Positions 18,546-29,500 of a stretch of DNA of 64,000 bases are shown in pieces; the first letter of the stretch is position 1, and each line of letters starts with the position of its first letter. The notes below the pieces were generated by a model. That model had not been told where the DNA came from and did not search any database. It worked only from the letters and a program-made list of their open reading frames with translations. The position numbers and the translations under genes are program-made. The DNA comes from an uncultured Bacilli bacterium (GTDB taxonomy: Bacteria; Bacillota_I; Bacilli_A; RF39; UBA660): contig CALVKA010000003.1 in assembly GCA_944332475.1 (NCBI GenBank), positions 63,493 through 127,492 of the forward strand, read 5' to 3'.

Positions 18546-18572
18546 TTAGCACTTGTCAATAGCGAGTGCTAA
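18546..18572. promoter_or_regulatory. CIRCE (HrcA operator) overlapping the sigma-A -35 box of the hsp20 pair
   Basis: TTAGCACTT-N9-GAGTGCTAA; minus strand TTGACA-17-TATAAC. Confidence 0.92.
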
Positions 18573-18630
18573 TTTTTTTGAAAATTTTTTTCTTCCCTTT
18601 TATTCTATACAAAAAGAAGATATTTATTCT

Positions 18631-19926
18631 CTATCTTCTTTTCTTTTCTAATATTTTTTGATTTTTTCTTGATATGCCAAAAAATTCTTCTACTTGTGCT
18701 TTATGCCTTGGTATCAGTTGTTGTTGCTCTATTAAGTTAGTAAGGTTTTCTTGACTATATTCACAAAACCCCTCTTCGCTTTGAAGATAAAAATGAGGTG
18801 TCTGTTCATTATCTTTTATCTTTATAACTCTAAAAATATCTAAATCTTGTTCTTTTGGATGATATACAGAAGTTGTTTGTATAGATGAAAAAGGAAAATC
18901 ATCAAATAAGAAATGACTATATTGTCTGATTAATTGATACCGTTCTACATTTGACTTTATTCCTAGTGGTAATTGATATAGCCAGTTTAATAGACGAATT
19001 CTTTTTTTTATTTCTTTCTTAGTATTACCGTGACTATGTTTTGCTAAGGCCTCACTTAATCTAACCATTCTTTCTGTTAAGTCTCTATCTGTTATTACTC
19101 TTCTTCCTAATTTTTTGTATACTTCATCTATTGTCTCTTGTAATTCTTGATTTTTATACTGTTCTTCCTCTTCTTTCCATGATGGAACTTCTAATACTTT
19201 AAGTCCTGTTATCTTTAATCCAAATTGTATTCTTCCAACATCCGACATAATTTTATCTTGACCAAAAGAAAAACCGTCAGCATCATAAATTGTTTGATTG
19301 ATAGGAATAGATACTGATAGATGAAATTTTCCGTAGATACTTGATGGAATTTGATACTCTTCTAATAATTTATGATACATGATTGCCCATTGTCTACAGA
19401 TAATTTCGTTGTTAGTTAAATCTATTTTATCAATAGCGTCTAGTTTTGAAAAATCTTGATGTTTTAGGTATCTTGTATCATATCTTATGATATCTCCTAA
19501 TAAAATATAAATTCCTATCGCTTGTTCTAGTTGTGTTTCTAAAGTGCTGGGTAAATTTTGTTTTATATAAGATAGAATTTGTGGATTTAGTGAAGCCTTT
19601 AATTCTTCTTCTGTTGCATCATGATTTGTCCATGTATTGATACATTCTGTTTGATGAGTCCTGTAATAGATATCATTCTGATAATAGAAGCGATTGATTT
19701 TTTCTTGAACCGTTTTTTCTCTTGGTTCATGTTTTAGTACTTCTATATAATAAGATATAGGATAGTCTAAGTTTTCTTTTTTACAAAATTCTTCTAGTTC
19801 TCTTAATGTAGTACCTGTTGTTACTAGGTTTTCTATTTGTGCTAGAATACCCGGTTGTCTCATGATGTCCATTGCGATTTTTTGATAAGAAGTTTTCTCT
19901 TCTTCTAGCCATCCTTTCATAGCCAT
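18631..19926 (-). CDS. Hypothetical protein with transglutaminase-like Cys-His-Asp core
   Basis: ICRQWAIMYHKLLEEYQIPS...FHLSVSIPINQTIYDADG pattern; basic C-terminal tail. Confidence 0.55.
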   Translation of the reverse strand: MAMKGWLEEEKTSYQKIAMDIMRQPGILAQIENLVTTGTTLRELEEFCKKENLDYPISYYIEVLKHEPREKTVQEKINRFYYQNDIYYRTHQTECINTWTNHDATEEELKASLNPQILSYIKQNLPSTLETQLEQAIGIYILLGDIIRYDTRYLKHQDFSKLDAIDKIDLTNNEIICRQWAIMYHKLLEEYQIPSSIYGKFHLSVSIPINQTIYDADGFSFGQDKIMSDVGRIQFGLKITGLKVLEVPSWKEEEEQYKNQELQETIDEVYKKLGRRVITDRDLTERMVRLSEALAKHSHGNTKKEIKKRIRLLNWLYQLPLGIKSNVERYQLIRQYSHFLFDDFPFSSIQTTSVYHPKEQDLDIFRVIKIKDNEQTPHFYLQSEEGFCEYSQENLTNLIEQQQLIPRHKAQVEEFFGISRKNQKILEKKRR

Positions 19927-19994
19927 TCCCCCTAAAGTGGCTATATTATACTACATTTTCTTTATTTTTTCAAGAAAAAAACCTCTATGTGAGG

Positions 19995-21557
19995 TTATAG
20001 GCGTTTGAATTTTGAAATAATCAATTTATAAAGTAGCCATACTGTACAGATGATTGCTCCTAACATATACAGATAGAAAATAAATGGTAAGTTGTCTTCT
20101 GCATTCAATACCATTTGACTAGTACCAATTATGAAAGCAACATCTAGGGCACTGATGATTATCAAGTGCACGATTCTTTCAATTCTATCAATTTGATGTT
20201 TAGAGTCTGTTAATTCAATATTGAATCGTAATTCTCCGCTATTAATCCCTTTTAATGTTGTTAGTGCTTCATTGGGAATTAGTAATAAATTGGCACCACT
20301 TTTGATACTGGATAAAGCAAAATTAGTTAGTTTATCCTTATCAAATAAAGCTTCCTTTGGTGTTACTTTGGCAGTTAAGACTTCCATTAAACTGATATTT
20401 GGAGTTATCTTTTCTAGTGTCCCTTCTAATACTACGATACCTCTTATTAATATTGTTATTTCTTTTGGTAATGTTATTTCATTTCTTCTTAGTAATACGA
20501 ACATTTCTGTTGTGAATTCTTTGATATCAATGTTGGCAATTTCTGTAGATTTATTTCTATCTAATACTTTTTTAATATCTTTTTTTAACTGCATATAATC
20601 TGTTCTATGATTTGATACATCTAATAAAGTTAAAAGGTGAGCTACTTCTTCTATATCATTTTTTACTATTGCAACAATGCAATCTCCTAATAAAGTTCGA
20701 TTTCGTTTAGATAGTCTTCCCATCATACCAAAATCTAAATAGGCAATTTTTCCATCTATTATTTTAATATTATCACTATGTGGATCTGCATGATAAAAAC
20801 CATCATCAATTGCTTGCTTTAAATAATTATGAGCTAATTTTTCGGCTATTTCATCTAAATCATAACCCTCTTTTTTCAACTCTTCTGTTTCAGAAATATT
20901 ATATCCATCAATATATTCCATTACTAATAGGTTGCTTGTTGAAATTTTTTCATAGACTTTTAATGGTTTTACATAAACTAGTTCTTTATTATTTTCCCTA
21001 AATTCGATAATATGATTTTTTTCAGTATGAAAATCCATCTCTTCTTTGGCTCTTTCATACATCTCATCTACCACTTGTGTTAAGTCAATAATATCTCCAA
21101 ATATCTTATTTAGATGTAGTATCTTAATTACTTTTTTCAAGAGTTTGGCATCTCGTTCCATAAGTTCTTCGATGTTTTCTCTTCTTACTTTAACAGCAAC
21201 CGTTTCTCCTGTTTTTAGTTTTGCTTTATGAACTTGAGCAATCGATGCTGATCCTACTGGGGTTTGATCCATTTCTAAAAATATTTCTTCCAGGGTATAA
21301 TCGTATTCTCTCGTTAAAATTTCTTCTACTTTTTCATATGGCATTGGTTTTACTGAGTGTTTTAATTTTTGAAATTCTTGACAGTATTCTTTTGGAATCA
21401 AATCATCTCTTGAAGATAAAATTTGGCCCATTTTTACAAAAGTTGGTCCTAATTCTTCTAGTGCCATTCGAACATTTTTGGGAGTTACATCTTTTGTTAA
21501 TTTATATTTTTTTATTACAGCAATAATTTCGCCTAATCGACTAGGATTGTTTTTCAT
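19995..21557 (-). CDS. UbiB/AarF/ABC1 family atypical kinase
   Basis: LGPTFVKMGQ, SASIAQVH, VAVKV, HADPHSDN, LDFGMMG; two C-terminal TMs. Confidence 0.93.
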   Translation of the reverse strand: MKNNPSRLGEIIAVIKKYKLTKDVTPKNVRMALEELGPTFVKMGQILSSRDDLIPKEYCQEFQKLKHSVKPMPYEKVEEILTREYDYTLEEIFLEMDQTPVGSASIAQVHKAKLKTGETVAVKVRRENIEELMERDAKLLKKVIKILHLNKIFGDIIDLTQVVDEMYERAKEEMDFHTEKNHIIEFRENNKELVYVKPLKVYEKISTSNLLVMEYIDGYNISETEELKKEGYDLDEIAEKLAHNYLKQAIDDGFYHADPHSDNIKIIDGKIAYLDFGMMGRLSKRNRTLLGDCIVAIVKNDIEEVAHLLTLLDVSNHRTDYMQLKKDIKKVLDRNKSTEIANIDIKEFTTEMFVLLRRNEITLPKEITILIRGIVVLEGTLEKITPNISLMEVLTAKVTPKEALFDKDKLTNFALSSIKSGANLLLIPNEALTTLKGINSGELRFNIELTDSKHQIDRIERIVHLIIISALDVAFIIGTSQMVLNAEDNLPFIFYLYMLGAIICTVWLLYKLIISKFKRL

Positions 21558-21855
21558 CTTTTTTCTTTGTTTCTTCCTTTAATAACTTTAGTAACTCTTC
21601 TTTTTCTTCTTTACTTAAAGATTGAATGGTTTCTTTTAATTTATCTTTGGAAACTTCTTCCTTTACTACTACTGTTACATTTTCTTTTAGTGATTCTTTA
21701 ATATTATGTTTTAATTCTTCGTTAGCTACCTTTCCAGCTTCTAGCATTTCTTCTCCCTTGGCTAATAATTCTTTTTTTAGATCTTGAGCTTTGTCGTTTG
21801 TCATACTCATAGCTCCTAATCCCATTAAAAAAATGTTTTTTAATTCTTCTTTCAT
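21541..21855 (-). CDS. Phasin-like small coiled-coil protein (UbiB partner)
   Basis: LKNIFLMGLGAMSMTNDKA...LLAKGE pattern; overlaps the UbiB-family gene start. Confidence 0.7.
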   Translation of the reverse strand: MKEELKNIFLMGLGAMSMTNDKAQDLKKELLAKGEEMLEAGKVANEELKHNIKESLKENVTVVVKEEVSKDKLKETIQSLSKEEKEELLKLLKEETKKKDEKQS

Positions 21856-21986
21856 TTTTATTCCTTCTTTCTTTTTACTATTATATTATTAGGTAAGGGT
21901 TTCCATGCTTTTAACTTTTTTAACCCTTCTAATATTATTATAACAAAATATTATTAAAAACGACAGAAAAAGACACAAATGTGTCT

Positions 21987-24323
21987 TTATTTCCATCTCC
22001 AATTTTTTATATATGGCATATCTTCTCCATGTTGTTTGATGTATGATTTATGTTGTTTTAACATATCGTTACACCAATTAATTAATACTTTTGATGTTTT
22101 TTGATACCTTGGAATGTGTAATAAGGCATCAATTACCAAATGGAAACGGTCTATTTCATTTTGTACTCTGATGTCAAACGTTGTGGTAATGGTTCCTTCT
22201 TCTTGATATCCATGGATATACATGTTTCTATTGGTTCTGTGATAAGTTAGTTGCTCAATTAAAGATGGGTATCCATGAAAATTGAAAATAATTGGGGTAT
22301 CTTTGGTAAATAATCTATCATATTCTTCTTCTGTTAGTCCATGTGGATGTTTGATTCTAGGAGCTAGTTTCATTAAATCTACTACGTTAATTACTCTGAT
22401 TTTAATATCTTTTACACAACTTCTTAAAATGTCTACTGCAGCCATTGTCTCTAGAGTTGGTGTTTCTCCACAGCAGGCCATAATAACATCTGGTTTTCCG
22501 TTGTCATTGCTAGCAAAATCCCATACTCCTATTCCCTTGGCACAATGTTGTTTGGCTTGTTGTCTATTTAACCATTGTGGTCTGGGATGTTTGCTGGCAA
22601 CGATAGCATTAATTTGGTTTTTAGTCTTGATACAATGATCAAAACAAGATAATAGGCAGTTGGTATCTGGTGGCAAATAGATTCTTACAATATCTGCTTT
22701 TTTCGTTGCAAGATGATTTAAGAAACCTGGGTCTTGGTGCGTATATCCGTTATGATCTTGTTGAAAGCAATGAGATGTTAATAAAATGTTTAAAGATGCA
22801 ATTGGTGCTCTCCATAAAATTTCTTTTGTTACTTTTAACCATTTGGCATGTTGTGAAATCATAGAGTCTACAATCCGAATGAACGCCTCATAGCTGTGAA
22901 TCATTCCATATCTTCCTGTTAATAAGTAACCTTCCAACATTCCCTCACATACATGTTCTGAAAGATAAGAATCCATAACTCTTCCGGTTGGAGATAAATA
23001 TTCATCGGTTTTATATATTTTTGAGTTCCAAGTTCTATTTTCTTTTTCAAAAATATGATTTAGTCGATTAGATAGTGCTTCATCTGGTCCAAAAATACGA
23101 AAGTTTTTGTTTTCTTTATTTAATACAAATAAGTCTCTGATATAGTTCCCAAGTTCTATCATATCTTGTTTTTCTATGTTTCCAGGCGATGATACGTCTA
23201 CTGTATAATTTTCCCAATTAGGTGTGATGATTGGTTTTAATAATAATCCACCGTTGGCATAATCACTTTTTCCCATACACTTTGAAGGAGTTGGAGCTAA
23301 TTCTCTAATTTCTTTTTTGACTCTTCCCTTTTCATCGAATAACTCTTCTGGATGATAACTTTTTAACCATTTTTCTAGTAGTGGTAAATTCATTGGATTG
23401 TCTCTAGTAATTGAAATTGGGACTTGATGGGCTCTAAAACTTCCTTCAATTTGTTTTTCTTCTATCTCTTTTGGACCCGTCCATCCTTTAGGTGTTGTTA
23501 AAACAATCATAGGCCATTCATGTTCTGTTGTAGCACGTCCTTTTACGTTTTGAATTTCCTTGATTACTTTATCTAGTGTTTTTGCCATTTCTTCGTGAAC
23601 CTTTAGGGAGTCTTTTCCTGTTACAAAATATGGTTTCCATCCGTGACCATAGAAGAAATCTTCTAATTCTTCCTGACTCATTCTTCCAAATATGGTGGGA
23701 TTCGATATTTTATAACCATTCCTATGTAGGATTGGTAACACATAACCGTCGGTTTCGGGATTTAAAAATTTATTGATGTTCCATGAAGTAGCAAGTGGTC
23801 CTGTTTCCGCTTCTCCATCTCCAATGACACAAGCAACAATTAATCCTTTGTTGTCTAGGGCTGCTCCTGCTGCATGAGCAAGACTATATCCTAATTCTCC
23901 GCCTTCATGGATAGAACCTGGTGTCTCTGGAGCAACATGAGAAGATACTCCTCCTGGAAAACTAAATTGTTTAAATAATCTTTTTAATCCTACTTCATCT
24001 TCTGTAATATTGGGATAAAATTTTGTATAAATTCCTTCTACATAGTTATTGGCAATCATAGCTTGTCCACCATGTCCTGGCCCTGAAATATACATCATTT
24101 TTAAATTATATTTTTTAATTACTCTATTTAAATGCATATAAATAAAGTTTTGTCCTGGTGCTGTTCCCCAGTGACCTACTACATTAGGTTTTACATCACT
24201 ACTAGTTAGTGGCCTTTTTAATAAGGGATTATCCAATAAATATAGTTGACCAACTGAAATATAGTTTAATACTCGAAAATACTCATCCATTAATTTTAAT
24301 TCTTTTTTTGTAAGTGTTGCCAT
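21987..24323 (-). CDS. xfp: Xylulose-5-P/fructose-6-P phosphoketolase
   Basis: GHWGTAPG, GPGHGG, HEGGELGYSL, GDGEAETGP, LSEH, SYEAF, QDHNGYTHQDPG. Confidence 0.96.
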   Translation of the reverse strand: MATLTKKELKLMDEYFRVLNYISVGQLYLLDNPLLKRPLTSSDVKPNVVGHWGTAPGQNFIYMHLNRVIKKYNLKMMYISGPGHGGQAMIANNYVEGIYTKFYPNITEDEVGLKRLFKQFSFPGGVSSHVAPETPGSIHEGGELGYSLAHAAGAALDNKGLIVACVIGDGEAETGPLATSWNINKFLNPETDGYVLPILHRNGYKISNPTIFGRMSQEELEDFFYGHGWKPYFVTGKDSLKVHEEMAKTLDKVIKEIQNVKGRATTEHEWPMIVLTTPKGWTGPKEIEEKQIEGSFRAHQVPISITRDNPMNLPLLEKWLKSYHPEELFDEKGRVKKEIRELAPTPSKCMGKSDYANGGLLLKPIITPNWENYTVDVSSPGNIEKQDMIELGNYIRDLFVLNKENKNFRIFGPDEALSNRLNHIFEKENRTWNSKIYKTDEYLSPTGRVMDSYLSEHVCEGMLEGYLLTGRYGMIHSYEAFIRIVDSMISQHAKWLKVTKEILWRAPIASLNILLTSHCFQQDHNGYTHQDPGFLNHLATKKADIVRIYLPPDTNCLLSCFDHCIKTKNQINAIVASKHPRPQWLNRQQAKQHCAKGIGVWDFASNDNGKPDVIMACCGETPTLETMAAVDILRSCVKDIKIRVINVVDLMKLAPRIKHPHGLTEEEYDRLFTKDTPIIFNFHGYPSLIEQLTYHRTNRNMYIHGYQEEGTITTTFDIRVQNEIDRFHLVIDALLHIPRYQKTSKVLINWCNDMLKQHKSYIKQHGEDMPYIKNWRWK

Positions 24324-24410
24324 ATCATCTCTCCTATCTTAACCATTATATATCAAAACTCGTTTTTTTAAAAGAGCAAAATAAAAGATAGAGATGGTTT
24401 TTCTCTATCT

Positions 24411-26756
24411 TTATTCTACACTTTTCAAAGACTCAATCATATCAATTTTCTTTAGTGAGAAGTATAAAATAATATTTACTAGTATGGCGAATGCTGCGGT
24501 TATTAAAACGGCATAGATGTAACTAGCAAAGGCTATGGTTGGATCAAACATTAACATATCAATTTCACAGGTTTTGATGATATACATTGTTAAAATATTT
24601 CCAATACCTAATCCTAATAAAATCCCTATTATTGTTAATATTGTATTTTCTCTATTGATATATTGATATACTTCTTTGTCATAGAATCCTAATACTTTGA
24701 TGGTAGCAAGTTCTCTTCTTCGTTCACTGATATTGATACTAGATAAGTTATAGAGTACGACAAAGGCTAAAGCTCCAGCGGATACGATTAAAATTAGAGA
24801 AACATAAGCAAAACTATCCATCGTATCATCAAAGACATGTCTTGTTGCGGAAGTAAAGGTAATTGAGGATACACCAGATATTTCTTTTAGTTCATTCGCA
24901 AATTCCTTTTCTTCTTTTTCTGTCATATTTTCAGTTTTAATTAAGACTGTATTGTAGGTATCTTCTTGATAATATTTTTTTGGTAGATAAATATAATGAA
25001 ATAAATAATTTTCTGTAATGTGAGATATTTTTTCAGTATAAGTATCGGTTCCTGTAAATTCTAATGTATCATTTTCTTCTACTTCTAGTAGGGTTGCTAG
25101 CTTTTCTGTGATGATAATACCATTATCTAATTCATAATGATCTTTCGATTTTCTATCTTGAAGTTTGATGAATCCATCTGGATCTTCTTCTGGGATTACT
25201 AGTGTCACAGATTGATTGGTGTCTTTGTTATCTATTGTTACAGATTCTTCTTGCACGCTTAACGTATCTGTTACTTTATCGTTTTCTTTGATTTGGTTAA
25301 TCGTTTCTTCTGTTGCTTGTTCATTTAGAGAAATAGTTGCTTGATAAGAGAAAATATCTTCATATTGATGAGGTACCATTTTGACAATACAATCTTTTAA
25401 TCCAAATCCTGCTAGTATTAAACCTGTACATCCAGCAATACCAATAATTGTCATTAAAAATCTTTTCTTATAACGGAAGACATTTCTAACCGTTACTTTG
25501 TAAGAGAATGATAGACGATTCCAAATGAATGGAATTCTTTCTAGTAACACTCTTTTTCCTGCTGCTGGTGCTACTGGTCTTAGTAAGTTAGCAGGAGATT
25601 CTTTTAATGTTTTTCTACAAGTATAAAGGGTTGCACCTAACGTACATAAAAGTGCGATTAGCATTCCTTGGAATGTTAAAGAGGAGTAATAGCTTAATTT
25701 TATATCGCCAATTCTATACATGTTCTGGTACATAGCAAAGCATAATTCTGGTAGTATTCGATAACCAATTAATACTCCTATCATTGATCCTATGATGGTT
25801 GCTAAAGAGGCATATAAAACGTATTTAAACATAATAGCACTATCTTTATATCCAAGGGATTTTAATGTTCCGATTTGTCCTCTTTCTTCTTCTACCATAC
25901 GGGTCATGGTGGTTAGACAAATTAATACCGCTACCACAAAGAAGACTAATGGGAATACTTTAGCAACATTGTCAATTCTTTCTGTATCTTGTTGATATTG
26001 ATAAAATCCAACATTGGAATCAAGGTCTAGTACATACCATGTTTGTCCTTCTAATTTTTCTTCTTTTAAGTCTTGACGAATGTCTTTTTTTGCTTCTTTT
26101 ACTATATCTTCATAGTCGTTTGAGAATCTACTTTCGTCTGTTGCTAACTTAATGTAAGCATTGGTCTTTATTGGACTGATAATGTTTTCTATTGGTACAT
26201 ATAGAAAGTAATCGATGGTCCCTGTTAATAAATCTGTTGAATCTCGTTCTGTTGATATATATAAAGGACTTTCTACGTAACCTGTTACCGTGACTGTTTT
26301 TTCTTTTACTAAATCAGAGAAAATTGTTAATTCATCTCCAATTTTTATTTCTTTGCGAAAATCATTATCTACTACTACTTCATTTTCGTTTTCTGGCATA
26401 CGTCCTTTGATTAATTTTGGTTTGCCTATTTCATCGTCTTTATCATAGGAAATAATTTTGGTAGCATAATCTTCTTGTTTTGTAGTAATAGCATCAAAAC
26501 TATAACCTGCTTCTATGTCATAGTTTTCTTTTAATTTTTCTATTACATCATCAGAAACACCATAATTAGAGGTGATGTAGGCATCATACATATTAGTCTC
26601 ATCATAGTATTCATCTAATGTATTTTTCATATCTGGAGCAACTGCTCGAATACCAGCAAAAAATCCTACTCCTAGTAATACAATTACTAAAATAGAGAAA
26701 AATCGTTTGCTTGTTTTTACCATGCAGACAATGGTTTCTTTTAATAATTTTTTCAT
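24411..26756 (-). CDS. FtsX/MacB-like ABC transporter permease
   Basis: Two FtsX domains: TMTRMVEEERGQIGTLKSLG and INISERRRELATIKVLG. Confidence 0.9.
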   Translation of the reverse strand: MKKLLKETIVCMVKTSKRFFSILVIVLLGVGFFAGIRAVAPDMKNTLDEYYDETNMYDAYITSNYGVSDDVIEKLKENYDIEAGYSFDAITTKQEDYATKIISYDKDDEIGKPKLIKGRMPENENEVVVDNDFRKEIKIGDELTIFSDLVKEKTVTVTGYVESPLYISTERDSTDLLTGTIDYFLYVPIENIISPIKTNAYIKLATDESRFSNDYEDIVKEAKKDIRQDLKEEKLEGQTWYVLDLDSNVGFYQYQQDTERIDNVAKVFPLVFFVVAVLICLTTMTRMVEEERGQIGTLKSLGYKDSAIMFKYVLYASLATIIGSMIGVLIGYRILPELCFAMYQNMYRIGDIKLSYYSSLTFQGMLIALLCTLGATLYTCRKTLKESPANLLRPVAPAAGKRVLLERIPFIWNRLSFSYKVTVRNVFRYKKRFLMTIIGIAGCTGLILAGFGLKDCIVKMVPHQYEDIFSYQATISLNEQATEETINQIKENDKVTDTLSVQEESVTIDNKDTNQSVTLVIPEEDPDGFIKLQDRKSKDHYELDNGIIITEKLATLLEVEENDTLEFTGTDTYTEKISHITENYLFHYIYLPKKYYQEDTYNTVLIKTENMTEKEEKEFANELKEISGVSSITFTSATRHVFDDTMDSFAYVSLILIVSAGALAFVVLYNLSSINISERRRELATIKVLGFYDKEVYQYINRENTILTIIGILLGLGIGNILTMYIIKTCEIDMLMFDPTIAFASYIYAVLITAAFAILVNIILYFSLKKIDMIESLKSVE

Positions 26757-27457
26757 TACCAGTTAATATCCTCCACTTTTTGTGGATGTTTATTGATTGT
26801 TGTTTCTTCTGCTTTTCCATTTTTAAATCTAATAACTTTGTCTGCGATTGGGGCAATTGCACTGTTGTGGGTAATAATGATTACTGTCATGTGGTCTTGT
26901 CTTGCTAAGCGTTCTAACACTTTCAAAATTTGTTTTCCTGTTGTATCGTCTAAGGCACCAGTTGGTTCGTCTGCTAATAAAATTTTTGGGCTTTTGGCAA
27001 CGGCTCTAGCTATAGCGACACGTTGTTGTTCTCCTCCGGATAATTGTGCTGGAAAGTTATTCAATCTATTTTCTAGTCCTACTGCTTTTAATGTCTTTAC
27101 TGGCGATAAATGTTTTTTACAAATTTCTGTTGCTAGTTCTACATTTTCTTTGGCTGTTAAATTTTGTACTAAATTATAAAATTGAAATACAAAACCAATA
27201 TCATTTCTACGATATTTAATCAATTCTTTATTGGAGTATTTGGTAATGTCTTTTCCGTCGATTATTACTTCTCCTGAGGTTACTTTATCCATTCCTCCTA
27301 AAATATTTAAGGCTGTTGTTTTTCCGGCTCCACTTGGCCCTAAAATAACTACCAATTCTCCTTTTTCAATAGAAAAAGATGCTTCATTTAAAGCTTTTAC
27401 TAGAGATTCTTTCTCTCCATAAATTTTACTTACGTTTTTAAACTCGATGTAAGGCAT
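26756..27457 (-). CDS. ABC transporter ATP-binding protein (LolD/MacB-like)
   Basis: GPSGAGKTT, FVFQFYNL, LSGGEQQRVAIARA, LADEPTGALD. Confidence 0.95.
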   Translation of the reverse strand: MPYIEFKNVSKIYGEKESLVKALNEASFSIEKGELVVILGPSGAGKTTALNILGGMDKVTSGEVIIDGKDITKYSNKELIKYRRNDIGFVFQFYNLVQNLTAKENVELATEICKKHLSPVKTLKAVGLENRLNNFPAQLSGGEQQRVAIARAVAKSPKILLADEPTGALDDTTGKQILKVLERLARQDHMTVIIITHNSAIAPIADKVIRFKNGKAEETTINKHPQKVEDINW

Positions 27458-27531
27458 ATTATCCCTCCTATCTATACTTGTATTATATCATCTTTTTGTG
27501 AAAAAAAAGAGAAAACACTATATTTTCGCTT

Positions 27532-28182
27532 TTATACTACATAAATTAAAATACTTAAAAATTGCAGTGTAGACCCTGCTAAAACAAAGAAATGAAATAC
27601 AGAATGAAAATATTTCTTTTTCGCACCTATCCCGTATAAAATGGCACCTATGGTATAAGCTATTCCGCCTGTTATTAATAACACTAGTCCTGGAGTTGGT
27701 AAAAGTGCAGATATTGTATTATAGGAAAAGATAATCATCCATCCCATGATTAAATATAAGATTGTGGAGGGAATTTGAAATTTTTCTAAATTAATGGCAT
27801 TTAATAACACTCCTAGAATGGCACTGGCCCAGATAATAGCAAAGATAATCCAACCCTCATTTCCTCCAATTAGACATAAACAATATGGCGTATAACAACC
27901 GGCAATAAATAAATAAATGTCACAATGATCTAATACACGAAATACTTTTTTGGCTTTTAGCTTTGGACTTAGAGCATGGTATAGACAACTGATTAAATAC
28001 ATAATAATCATGGTCGTTCCATAAATACAGGAAGATACTACTCCTATTGTACTATGGTGTGTTGCAGAAAAGACTACTGTTAATACTAAAGCAATAATTC
28101 CTAGTAGTACTCCTACTCCATGAGAAATTGAGTTGATTAATTCTTCTCCTAACGAATATTTTGGTATGGTTATTTTTCCCAT
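27532..28182 (-). CDS. PAQR/hemolysin III family membrane protein (TrhA-like)
   Basis: EELINSISHG, SCLYH, DHCDIYLFIAGCYTP, HSVFHFFVLAG. Confidence 0.92.
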   Translation of the reverse strand: MGKITIPKYSLGEELINSISHGVGVLLGIIALVLTVVFSATHHSTIGVVSSCIYGTTMIIMYLISCLYHALSPKLKAKKVFRVLDHCDIYLFIAGCYTPYCLCLIGGNEGWIIFAIIWASAILGVLLNAINLEKFQIPSTILYLIMGWMIIFSYNTISALLPTPGLVLLITGGIAYTIGAILYGIGAKKKYFHSVFHFFVLAGSTLQFLSILIYVV

Positions 28183-28255
28183 AGTGCCTCCTCTTATTTT
28201 TTATATTATATCATTTCCATAAAAAAACGACACCAATTTATAATGGTGTCTATTT

Positions 28256-29038
28256 TTAAACTCCTACACTTTTGGTCTCTGGTAGGGTAGATGCTCCATC
28301 AATTACGATTCCTTGACCTGTAATATAGGTAGATTCATCACTAGCAAGAAAGGCAGCTAACTCTCCTAGTTCTTCTATGGTTCCAAGACGTCCCATTGGG
28401 ATTCCTGCGGCGATTCCATCAATTACACTTTGCGGGTTGCTGGCATTAGAGTCTTTGGCAATACCATCTACCATAGGTGTCATAATATATCCTGGCATAA
28501 TAGCATTTACTGTAATGTTATTCTTTACCACTTCAGCAGCAAGTCCTTTGGTAAATCCAATTAGAGCGGCTTTGGTTGTTGCATAAGCTACTTCTCCTGT
28601 ATCTGCTACCATTGGTCCTGTTACACTGGATAGGTTTACGATTCTTCCATAATTATTTTTTATCATATAAGGAACTACTACTTGTGTCATGTTCCAAGTT
28701 CCTTTGATATTAATATCAAAATGACTATCTCTTACTTCATCTGTCATTTGTAGAAATGGTTGCAATTTCGCAATACCGGCATTGTTTACTAAAATGTCAA
28801 TCTTTCCTTTTTTGGCAATTACGTCATTTACAATGGCTGTCAACATATTTTTATCTCTGATATCTCCTTTGTAACCCATTACTTTAGGATTTTGTAATTC
28901 TTGAAGAGTTTGTTGTAGTTTATCGGAGTTATCGATAATTATTACGTCTGCTCCATACTTTAAAAATACTTTTACAATTCCTAAACCATTTCCCATGGCT
29001 CCACCAGTTACAATAGCTACTTTTCCATCTAATTTCAT
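28256..29038 (-). CDS. ucpA: SDR oxidoreductase, UcpA-like
   Basis: TGGAMGNG, NNAG, SSVTGPMVADTGEVAYATTK, C-terminal IDGASTLPETKSVGV as in UcpA. Confidence 0.85.
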   Translation of the reverse strand: MKLDGKVAIVTGGAMGNGLGIVKVFLKYGADVIIIDNSDKLQQTLQELQNPKVMGYKGDIRDKNMLTAIVNDVIAKKGKIDILVNNAGIAKLQPFLQMTDEVRDSHFDINIKGTWNMTQVVVPYMIKNNYGRIVNLSSVTGPMVADTGEVAYATTKAALIGFTKGLAAEVVKNNITVNAIMPGYIMTPMVDGIAKDSNASNPQSVIDGIAAGIPMGRLGTIEELGELAAFLASDESTYITGQGIVIDGASTLPETKSVGV

Positions 29039-29104
29039 AATATCCTCCCCTTTCCTATTCTAAAATAAGTATATCATTTCTATTTTATATTTACTAGAGT
29101 TTTG

Positions 29105-29500
29105 TTATTCTTCTTGTAATTCTTTGTTTACTTCTTCCATGTAAGATTCATACTTTTGTTCAGTATCTTGCCATTCTTGATAAGCGGTACTAGCTTGCTT
29201 TATCCCTATTACGAATGGAAAGGCTACTACTATTATGATAGGAATTATCCATAATTTTTTCTTATATTTTATTACAGAAAATATTAAATATGCCGTAAAT
29301 ACTATCATTAATATTACGATTGTGATTAACATCATGGCTGTTGTCATTCTTTCGTTTACTACATATTCTGTTAGTATTTCTGCAGATTGATTTCCTCGTA
29401 TTTTCTCTAAATATATAGTAATTTCCATACAACCTAATATCACTAAACCAATTATACTGATTATGATAAAAAATTTATTTGGTTGTTTATTCATGTACAA
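29105..29500 (-). CDS. Hypothetical membrane protein (3 TM)
   Basis: AGGAGG RBS; hydrophobic segments. Confidence 0.6.
   Translation of the reverse strand: MYMNKQPNKFFIIISIIGLVILGCMEITIYLEKIRGNQSAEILTEYVVNERMTTAMMLITIVILMIVFTAYLIFSVIKYKKKLWIIPIIIVVAFPFVIGIKQASTAYQEWQDTEQKYESYMEEVNKELQEE

Noticed and set aside
27532-28182. Hemolysin virulence factor
   Set aside because: PAQR/TrhA proteins are widespread membrane-homeostasis proteins; the family name is not evidence of toxin function.
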